A DNA stretch of 60,000 nt from Mobula hypostoma. Taxonomy: Eukaryota. A program made the translations under genes and the position numbers. The stretch spans positions 97,962,001 through 98,022,000 of the forward strand of contig NC_086107.1 in the NCBI RefSeq assembly GCF_963921235.1, in the 5' to 3' direction. Numbering within the stretch: position 1 is the stretch's first letter; each line of letters begins with the position of its first letter. The notes under the pieces are model-generated. The model did not search any database. It saw nothing but the letters and a program-made list of their open reading frames with translations, and was not told the DNA's origin. Of this stretch, positions 1 through 10,400 are shown piece by piece.

Positions 1-1099
1 ATAGTACATCAAAATTTGCAAAAGCTCAGCCCATCCAGTGCCAGCAGACAGATGACTTCTAAAATATGAAAGCTCAGGTCTGCTTTTGCACAGAACTGAC
101 AGCATCACCTATCTGACCATTCCATAATACTGCACATCTGCCCTTTTACCTTAAGGAGAAATGCAAGATTGCTTAGATAATTATGTAATAAAAATTGGGA
201 AAACAAGCTTTAAACCACGTAGCTTTAAACACAAAACTAATAAAGCCAATTTATTACAATAAACCCAAGTAAAAATGCTGGAAACAGTATGTGCGAAATG
301 TGAGACAGTTAAAGGATGTGGGGTAGGAAACATTGAAAGGATGCACATTCCCAAGAACTACAGCACAGAAATAGGCACTACACCCCACTATACCTGTGTC
401 GACCATGATACAAATCTCATTCCACCTGCCTGCACATTGCTCATTCATTTATTGTGTCTAAAATGCTTCAATGCCACAATCATATCTGATTCCCCCCACC
501 TCCCCTGCCAGAGCATTCTAAACAGTTACCACTGTGTTATAAAAAAGCAACTGCTTTGTACAACTCATTTACACTTTTCCTTTCAGCTTAAATCCATATC
601 CTCTAGTACTTTAGATTTTCACACTGGGGAAAGACTCCATCTACCACATCTATACCATCAATTTTAACTAGATACCTCACACTGGAAGTTAGCTTTGCTT
701 CTCTCTCCACAGATACTGCCTTGAGCTGCCCAATATTTCCAGCATTTTATGTTTCTCTTTCAAATCCTTCATGTTGTGTGCAGACTCTGACTATAAGGGC
801 AAGCTTGGTTTCAGTTTAAAGCTCCTTTCATTTTCAATTATAGGAAGATGCAAGTGGCAAACAAGGATTGCATTTATTTGAGGTAATCTGGTTATTTGGA
901 ATGTGGAGCTCAGGGAGCTAAAGCGATGGAAATAAATAATTCTATGATAGGTAGCATGTGGGGGTTAGAACTGCACTTGATTACCAAGTTATAAGGAAAG
1001 CGGCATGGGGTAAATAATATTAAAGAACCTAATGGCTGTGGCAGAAACAGCACAAGAACTTCGGAAAGAGGCAGCTATTCTATTGGGATGGGCTTTACC

Positions 1100-3414
1100 T
1101 GAATTTAGTTGGGACCAGTTCCCAGCAAATTGAATTAGACCCGTCGATAGGCTTTTAACTAAATAGTTGGGGGTACGTGGTTTGCATGCAGGATATTTAG
1201 AAAACTGAAGGAAAAATTTTCAACATAATTGTATAAGGGCTAAGAGCGTTATAAAAGCGAGCCTGAAGGCTTTGTGTGTCAATGCAAGGAGCATTCGTAA
1301 CAAGGTGGATAAATTAAAAGTGCAGATTGTTATTAATAAATATGATATAGTTGGGATCACAGAGACATGGCTCCAGGGTGACCAGGGATGGGAGCTCAAC
1401 ATTCAGGAATATTCAATATTCAGGAGGGATAGACAGGAAAGAAAAGGAGGTGGGGTGGCGTTGCTGGTTAAAGGGGAGATTAACGCAATAGAAAGAAAGG
1501 ACATTAGCCCGGAGGATGTGGAATCAATATGGGTAGAGCTGCATAACACTGAGGGGCAGAAAGCACTGGTGGGAGTTGTGTACAGGCCACCTAACAGTAG
1601 TAGTGAGGTTGGGGATGGTATTAAGCAGGAAAATAGAAATGTGTGCAATAAAGGAACAGCAGTTATAATGGGTGACTTCTATCTACATATAGATTGGGTG
1701 AACCAAATTGGTAAGGGTGCTGAGGAAGAAGGTTTCTTGGAATGTATGCAGGATGGTTTTTTGAACCAACATGTCGAGGAAGCAACTAGAGAGCAGGCTA
1801 TTCTAGACTGGGTATTCAGCAATGAGGAAGGGTTAATTAGCAACGTTGCCCTGAGAGGCCCCTTCGGTAAGAGTGACCAAAATATAGTGGAATTCTTCAT
1901 TAAGATGGAGAGTGACATAGTTAATTCAGAAACAAAGGTTCTGAACTTAAAGAAGGGTAACTTTGAAGGTATGAGACGTGAATTAGGTAAGACAGACTGG
2001 CAAATGACACTTAAAGGGTTGACGGTGGATATGCAATGGCAAGCATTTAAAGATCGCATGGATGAACTACAACAATTGTTCATCCCAGTTTGGCAAAAGA
2101 ATAAATCAGGGAAAGTAGTGCACCCGTGGCTGACAAGGGAAATTAGGGATAGTATCAATTCCAAAGAAGAAGCATACAAGTTAGCCAGAAAAAGTGGCTC
2201 ACTTGAGGACTGGGAGAAATTCAGAGTCCAGCAGAGGAGGACAAAGAGCTTAATTAGGAAGGGGAAAACTGGCAGGGAACATAAAAACTGACTGTAAAAG
2301 CTTTTATAGATATGTGAAAAGAAAAAGATTGGTTAAGACAAATGTGGGTCCCTACAGAGAGAAACAGGTGAATTGATTATGGGGAGCAAGGACATGGCAG
2401 ACCAATTGAATAACTACTTTGGTTCTGTCTTCACTAAGGAGGACATAAATAATCTTCCGGAAATAGTAGGGGACAGAGGGTCCAGTGAGACGGAGGAACT
2501 GAGGGAAATACATGTTAGTAAGGAAGTGGTGTTAGGTAAATTGAAGGGATTAAAGGCAGATAAATCCCCAGGGCCAGATGGTCTGCATCTCAGAGTGCTT
2601 AAGGAAGTAGCCCAAGAAATAGTGGATGTATTAGTGATAATTTTTCAAAACTCTTTAAATTCTGGATTAGTTCCTGAGGATTGGAGGGTGGCTAATGTAA
2701 CCCCGCTTTTTGAAAAAGGAGGGAGAGAGAAACCGGGGAATTATAGACCGGTTAGCCTCACATTGGTGGTGGGGAAAATGCTAGTCAGTTATCAAAGATG
2801 TGATAACAGCACATTTGGAAAGCGGTGAAATCATCGGACAAAGTCAACATGGATTTGTGAAAGGAAAATCATGTCTGACGAATCTCATAGAATTTTTTGA
2901 GGATGTAACTAGTAGAGTGGATTAGGGAGAACCAGTGAATGTGGTATATATGGATTTTCAAAAGGCTTTTGACAAGGTCCCACACAGGAGATTAGTGTGC
3001 AAACTTAAAGCACATGGTATTGGGGGTAAGGTATTGATGTGGATAGAGAATTGGTTGGCAGACAGGAAGCAAAAAGTGGGAATAAACGGGACCTTTTCAG
3101 AATGGCAGGCAGTGACTAATGGGATACCGCAAGGCTCAGTGCTGGGACCCCAGTTGTTTACAATATATATTAATGACTTAGATGAGGGAATTAAATGCAG
3201 CATCTCCAAGTTTGCGGATGACACAAAGCTGGGTGGCAGTGTTAGCTGTGAGGAGGATGCTAAGAGGATGCAGGGTGACTTGGATAGGTTAGGTGAGTGG
3301 GCAAATTCATGGCAGATGCAATTTAATGTGGATAAATATGAGGTTATCCACTTTGGTGGCAAAAACAGGAAAACAGATTATTATCTGAATGGTGGCCGAT
3401 TAGGGAAAGGGGAG
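1100..3414 (+). mobile_element. CR1 LINE, 5' part: APE endonuclease and RT (ORF2, frameshifted), in DDX17 intron 12
   Basis: NARSIRNK, GITETWL, YRPPNS and IMGDF endonuclease motifs; KSPGPDG, NYRPVSLT, DFQKAFDKV, GIPQGSVLGP and FADD RT motifs; left boundary approximate. Confidence 0.93.
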
Positions 3415-4786
3415 CTGTTAAGCATACTTTACGTATATGGTTTCAATTTCGAAGATTTTTTGGGTTTAATCAATTTATGTTAGCAAGTCCTATTATATCT
3501 AATTTCCTTTTTCAACCTTCCACTATGGATCAAGCTTACTTTGATTGGAAAACCAAAGGTATAGTACATTTTCATGATGATTTATTTTTGGATAATTGTT
3601 TCATGTCTTTTCATCAACTTTCTAATAAATATAACTTACCCAGATCTCACTTTTTTAGGTATCTACAGATTAGAAACTTTTTAATTACTGCTTCTCCTAA
3701 TTTTCCACACTCATATCCAATGGATACTTTGGAAAAAATTTTAGATCTAAATCTCTCTCAGAAAAGTGTTGTAGCAATTATTTATAATATAATTATGAAT
3801 TTATGTCCTGATCTTTCCAATAAAATTAAAGCTGATTGGGAAAGAGAACTTAAGATTATTATACCAATTGAAAAATAGGAAAAAATTCTTCAGTTGGTGA
3901 ATTCATCCTCTGTATGTGCTAAACATGTGTTGATACAGTTTAAAGTAGTGCACCGGCCTCATATGTCCAAAGATAAACTATCTCGTTATTATTCTCATAT
4001 TAATCCAATATGTGATAGATGTCATTCCGAGATAGCTTCTTTAACCCACATGTTTTGGTCATGTACTTTGTTGGAAAAATATTGGAAAGATATTTTTGAT
4101 ATTATTTCAACGGTGTTGAACACAGACTTACAACCTCTTCCAATTACTGCTGTTTTTGGATTACCAATGATAGACTCAAATTATTTAACCTCTTCAGCAC
4201 GCCGGATGATTGCATTTCTTACTCTAATGGCTAGAAGATCCATTTTGCTGAATTGGAAAGAGATTAACCCTCCTACTATAGTTCATTGGTTTTCACAAAC
4301 TAAGTTGTGTTTGAATTTGGAAAAAATTAGAAGTGTGGTTTATGACCCTTCCATTAAACTTGAAAAAACTTGGAGGCCATTCATTCAGCATTTTCATATG
4401 ATGTAATTTGATCATTTCCAAACTTATTTTACTTCTCTGTGCTGTTGGTTGAGAGGAATGGAGTCGTTGACACTAAAGTTTTCTTCTCTTCCATTTTTAC
4501 GTTGTTAGAATTGCCCAAGTCTTTTTAGTTTAGTTGACTAATTCTGTTTAGTTTTTCTTTTGGGGTGGGGTTTGTTCTTTTTTTTCTTTTTTTTTCATAA
4601 TTTTTTTTCCAGTTTTTTTTGTTCTGTAGTATTCATTGTTATCCTACACAATTGGGAGTTTTGTCAATTTATACTATTTGGTTTTATAATTACTCAATTT
4701 AAGTACAACAATGTATCTCCAACTACTTGTATTATTGCTATGTTATGTTTATATTTTATGAAACTAATAAAAAGATTGAAAAAGAA
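3415..4786 (+). mobile_element. 5'-truncated L1-clade LINE inserted into the CR1
   Basis: ORF2 C-terminus VKHTLRIWFQF...CDRCHSEIASLTHMFWSC (CCHC zinc knuckle) with one in-frame TAG at 3876-3878; T-rich 3' UTR, AATAAA 4766-4771, A-rich tail; 13-bp TSD at 3402-3414 and 4787-4799. Confidence 0.92.
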
Positions 4787-5534
4787 AGGAAAAGGGGAGG
4801 TGCAATGAGACCTGGGTGTCATTATACACCAGTCATTGAAAGTGGGCATGCAGGTACAGCAGGCGGAGAAAAAGGCGAATGGTATGCTGGCATTCATAGC
4901 AAGACGATTCGAGTACAGGAGCAGGGAGGTACTACTGCAATTGTACAAGGCCTTGGTGAGACCACACCTGGAGTGTTGTGTGCAGTTTTGGTCCCCTAAT
5001 CTGAGGAAAGACATCCTTGCCGTAGAGGGAGTACAACGAAGGTTCACCAGATTGATTCCTGGGATGGCAGGACTTTCATATGATGAAAGACTGGATCGAC
5101 TAGGCTTATAATAATTGGAACTTAGAAGATTGAGGGAGGATCTTATTGAAACATATAAAATCCTAAAGGGATTGGACAGGCTAGATGCAGGAAGATTGTT
5201 CTCAATGTTGGAGAAGTCCAAAACGAGGGGTCACAGTTTGAGGAGAAAGGGGAAGCCTTTTAGGACCCAGAGTAGGAAAAACTTCTTCACACAGAGAGTG
5301 GTAAATCTGTGGAATTCTCTGCCACAGGAAACAGTTGAGGCCAGTTCATTGGCTATATTTAAGAGGGAGTTAGATATGGCCCTTGTGGCTAAAGGGATCG
5401 GGGGTATGGGGGGGGGGGGAAGGCTGGTACAGGGTTCTGAGTTGGATGATCAGCCATGATCATACTGAATGGCGGTACAGGCTCAAAGGGCCGAATGGCC
5501 TACTCCTGCACCTATTTTCTATGTTTCTATGTTT
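4787..5534 (+). mobile_element. CR1 LINE, 3' part, continuing the element interrupted at 3414
   Basis: LYKALVRPHLE..VQFWSP, KTRGHSL and FFTQRVVNLWNSLP; ends in the (TTCTATGT)n CR1 tail. Confidence 0.93.
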
Positions 5535-5539
5535 AAAAA

Positions 5540-6480
5540 ACAAAGTCATTAACGGAAGTGCTCAAGTACAAGACACAGAAAACCTTCTAGAAATAGTGGA
5601 GAACTACTGGTCTGGAATAAGTGAGCTCAAAGAAATAAGCACTAGTTTACAATTAATGAGACTAAAAGCTGATACATTGGTAGTGTCTCATCCTCCAAAA
5701 TAATTACAGATGCTATAACAGTTTCCACAGATTGAAAAGGAGGGAATCCAAGCGCACATTGCATTATGACAATTCAGATTATGGAAATTCATCCTGAATT
5801 CAAAAAGCCAGGGAAAAGAATGAAAAAATCCCTCACAATATTTACATGGGAAAGAAATAAATTACATTTCCTCAATCAGCAATTCTTGGTGCATGCATAG
5901 ATGATGTGGATTTGTTATTTAGAAAACTGTGATATGAAAAAGAAATCACCTGTATACCCCCACTTGCTGAGGAGGGAGTGGTAAAGCAGGAATCTATAGA
6001 TCAATCAGCCTGACATCAGTAGAATAGAAAACAATGGAATGTATTGTTAAGGAAGAAGGGCACTTGGAATGCTGGACAGAATCAGAAAGGATTTGTTGGG
6101 AGTTCAGAAGTTGCAAGTAACAGAACAGACAAGGGAAAACCAGTGTTGGTCTTGGACTTTCATAAGGCAACACAGAGGATATTATTAAACAAAATTACAC
6201 CATGATGTTTGTGGCACTACATTGATTTTAATTTAAGATTAATTCCTGGATAAAAATAAGTAATGAACAAGTCCGTTCCTAGTTGGGAGACTGTGACCAA
6301 TGGAGTGTCAAAGAGCTAAGTGCTGAGGGCCAAGTCCTTCACAACTTAAATCAATAATTTTGGGTATGTATAATCAACTTGTTTGTTGAATATACAAAGC
6401 TAATTAGCAGGTTGGGCTCTGAGAAGGATGCAAAGATGCTTAGGGATATGGATGTGTTAAGGTATGGCAGGACATAAGGG
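5540..6480 (+). mobile_element. Very old CR1/L2-type remnants
   Basis: Degenerate RT blocks (atcaatcagcctgacatcagt, ttggactttcataaggc, gtgaccaatggagtg). Confidence 0.5.
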
Positions 6481-7146
6481 ACTAAATGACCTACTACTTC
6501 AAGAAATGGCAGCAAATACCTCATTATGGACTATGGCTTGCTGCTAAATACCAGCAATTCTTGACACCCAGAACTCCCATTGAGTTTAGGATTCCCACTA
6601 ATCCACAATCTTTCTAGACTGAATGCCACAGGTTATTTTCCAACTGTAGTCTGACGCCAGGGCTGCACAGAATTGTGATTCTGGGATTCTAATATTTCTG
6701 AAGATCTTTAGAGAGGTCTAACAATTGAAGCAACCCCTGAAAACAAGTTCACTGAAGTAACTGCAGAAGCTGAGTTCTTGATCACATCTGTTAGCAGCAA
6801 ACATGGCAAATGCTGGTTTGGCAGTTCCAGAGGTACCTTTAAAAACACTGTCCAACTATGGAGAAGCTTAAAAGCAGGATTCAGGTCTTTGTGCTCAAGG
6901 TGAGTAATCAATATTTTAAACAGGATTAGATTTTATCTGACACCAAGGCAGCTTTACATATTGTTATTACTACAGTGTTCATTTAAAATATTAATCACTT
7001 TAACTTGAAAGACACTGATAATCTTGTACAATTGCAGTCAATTCCACACAACAGGCCTGCAAGCAAAATGACAGCTCCACTGAAGAAGCATTACCTGGTG
7101 TCTCAGCTGGATTTTATAGTTTCCAAAGTAAAACAAAAGCACTTAC

Positions 7147-7380
7147 CTCTTCCACTTCCTCTTCCATGATCAACAAGCTGTAGCAGCTTTGGATTAATAG
7201 CTTGGCTGGCCTCTTCCAATACCTTGATCAGCTCCCTAGCCTGTTTCACATTGCCTGGTGTGAAGAAGGTGTAGGCTGTGCCTTTATTTGTACTGCGAGC
7301 TGTACGACCAATGCGATGTACGTAGTCTTCAGAGGAATTGGGGTAGTCGTAATTGATGACAAATTTGATGTCTTCCACGT
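7147..7380 (-). CDS. DDX17: DDX17 exon 12 (motif VI)
   Basis: cag|...|gtaagt, 234 nt; [87 protein letters not shown] and [11 protein letters not shown] distinguish DDX17 from DDX5. Final exon not found in the window. Confidence 0.97.
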
Positions 7381-7483
7381 CTGTAAAAGCAGAATTGCAG
7401 TGTGGTGTGGAAAGGTGGGGGATGTGCCAGTTTGAACCAGCACAAGCAGTACACCACAACAGCCAGGTAGAAAGAAGAGTTAG
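7381..7483 (-). ncRNA. miR-3064-like intronic hairpin at the 3' end of DDX17 intron 11 (probably a cis-acting RNA structure)
   Basis: Sense strand has CTGGCTGTTGTGGTGT (7466-7451) and CCACACTGCAA (7405-7395), matching from memory the 5p and 3p arms of mir-3064 at the end of DDX5 intron 11; TGTGGTGT pairs with ACACCACA. Confidence 0.55.
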
Positions 7484-10400
7484 AACAAGATTTAGTACAA
7501 GCACCCCTTACAGTCCATGTTTACAGTATTGGCCTTCCATGCAAAGAGCTTAAACCCACACCATGCTTTGAGCAAAAACCTCACAAACCAAAAGGCAGAA
7601 CACTGAGCACAAAAGTATAAAACAAATTTATTACTGACCCACATTCGGTGTTCAGAACCCTAATACACCCACCTCAAGAAAATGGAAAAACTGAGGCCTG
7701 TTTCATTGAGTAAGCCTGCTCCTCTTTGCTTAAGTTGCAGCTATAAAGTGGAAGACTTATTTGATTTTCATCAAATTCTAACTATTTTACTCACTAGGTG
7801 GATATAAATCTGAGTGAGGAGAAACTTGAGATTGAAATAAGACTTTACAACAGACCGTGCCACCTTTTAAACAATTCCAAGGAATTGTATGTTCATTCTC
7901 ATCTCAAAGTTCAAATACTACCATAACCTTTGCTTTTGTCCTTCCTGTAACAATTGAACTAAATGGCTAAAAAGTTGTTCAGCTTTTCAAATATCTATTT
8001 GCTGCAACAATTAAACCTTTAAAATAGATCAGGAGCAGCTTAGGTCTAAAGCAATACTATGCCGCCAAACTCAACCAGTTTTTGAAGTCAGATGAAGCCA
8101 GTCACATTGTACCACCTCACATCCTGCTTTCCATTATTAAAGTACACAGGGACAATAACCAAGAACCTTTACACATTGAAAATATATCTCAGATGACACA
8201 TGGAAGAACACTTGAAAATATCCTCTGAAATTCCCACTATGAATCTGACAATCCATAAGCTTCAGAATTAAGTTCCAATCTATCCCTGACAACTGACACC
8301 TCCAAGCAACATTCACCAAATTTTATGAACCAAGAATGCATGCTTTAAATCTATGTTTAGACTACCACTCTGGAAAAGAAACCTGTGGGCAAAAATACAG
8401 ATTAGATAAATTCACACATTACATTACTGCCCGAACCTCTATATATATTTTTTTTAAATAAACAGCAGTACACAGGTATTCCACCAATTTACCATATTTA
8501 AAATACTATTTCAATGGACGCAGTTACAAAACGGGGCAATTTTTTTAAAGATCTGGAAGACTCAGAGATAAGGCTACTTTTTCGCACAATGTAGACTAGA
8601 CCAATCTTCACCAAAGGTCCGAAACAAAACCAGTTCAAATTTCAGTGCAAAATAACATTATTTAATTCTGGCCTAAATAGGTAGTAAAGGAATACTCCCT
8701 TCTTGTCTTCTTAATGTAGCATTATTACAAATCTTCAAACATTATGGTTGTCAGGGTTAGAAATTACCATAGCATCACTGGTCCATGAAAATCAGAATCA
8801 ATCTGCACAAAACCAAGGTGGACCATAACTGCTAATACTGGATCTGGACATGCTATTCTCAATACAAAAACTATTATCATTTCAGGGAAATTCATTAACA
8901 CATATCAAAAGAAGTCACCTTTTGTTCAGGTTATGAAAACTAGAAAGATCAAGTGCTGATTTTGAACTGATAATACTGTAAATGGCAGATTACTTGGTAG
9001 CCCAATTGCAAATCCACGTCATACTAAATATAAACCTCTGAATAACCAAGAGGAAAGGTATCAACATCCAAAACCCAGGAGATTAGAACTACAAAAACTA
9101 CAAGAATTTGTTATGGAGCTGAAAGATTGTGATGCATCCCAGCTTAGACTATTACACTGCCACCCACTACAGCACAATCACTACTTGGACCATTATAATG
9201 ACCAGCATTAAAATCTATCCTGATATTTGTGGATGAGGATTCAAAGTTTGTTAATCCAACATCATCTGGGGTTCAGTTTGTAAAATGACAGGGGCGCTGG
9301 AATGCAGAATCCTGATCTTCGATGTAATTCATTCACTGCGCTAAGCTAATGAAATCAGTTTGCTTACCAGTCACTGTATGGTAATTTTTAACCCAACAGA
9401 CAACTCCAGATTTGGCATGTTGTCATTGAAATCCATACTTTAAAGTTGAAATCCAGAATAAATTTCGACTTCCTCCCTTCTGTGTTGAATAGTATTTACC
9501 AGTCCGATGCACACTCCCGTTTCTCTGGTTCTGGCGGTCTCCTTTCGACCTCCGCCATGCGACATGGGACCAGTGGAGCTGGGAGAGCATGCATCGAGCA
9601 TTCCCTTGTAGCGAGAAGTCTCACACGTTGGGATGGATGGCTTTTCTGCAGCCCGACTTTCATGTAGCACCAGAGGACCGCAGTCATTAAATAAGGTCCT
9701 CAAACCCAATCTCTCCAATAACTCCCAGCCCACACTGCATCTATTGCCCAGACTCAAATTATTTTTTTTTTCTTTACAATTTACTGACAAACTATTTTTC
9801 AAGTCTGTTTCTCATTACAAAAATGGGCTCAAGTTTCACTTGCTATTTCTTATTTCATTAGCGAGTGTTTCTATGTTGAATCCCAAGACAGCAATAAACA
9901 AGAGACAGAGAGGAAAAGTGTACATGAGAAATGAAAAATATTCATATTAAAGCACATATTGATATCAAATAGAAATGGACACAAACAAATAATGTACACA
10001 AGATACAGATCTCAGGTAGCCAGCTTTGATCTGTACCCCATTCTAAAAGGGCAACTCCATTTATATCACAGTGAAGCCAAAAGCTTACACCATAATTGTA
10101 ACCTACTGTGCAAAGTTGTTGCCAGCATCCTCTTTAGGTTCTAGTCTCATAATTCACATTCCAGGGTGCATTTTACACTTTAAGCTGTAAGTGATTGCAA
10201 AGCCCAATTATTTTCCCTACTTCTTGGATCACCAAGAACTCCGAAAAAAATACTGGAAATTGAATACAGTGGCACCCTCTTATTGTCTGAACAGTGCAAT
10301 ACCCTAAGAATAAAAGGAAGTGAAAAGAATACAAGAAAATCTACATAACAGCACCTGCGTGCTTCATGGTCAACCTGGCGATAACCCCACTTGGACTCTA

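Noticed and set aside
100..185. Acceptor-like TTTCTCCTTAAG|G near 150 as the DDX17 terminal exon
   Set aside because: It reads GKRADVQYYGMVR-stop, unlike the long Gly/Tyr/Gln/Pro-rich DDX17 C-terminus; the real last exon is probably outside the window
2935..3483. Novel RT fusion protein
   Set aside because: Artefact of reading from the CR1 RT across the L1 insertion junction out of frame
7640..7780. Intronic C/D box snoRNA (TGATGA...CTGA on minus)
   Set aside because: No terminal stem, recognisable guide or convincing internal boxes
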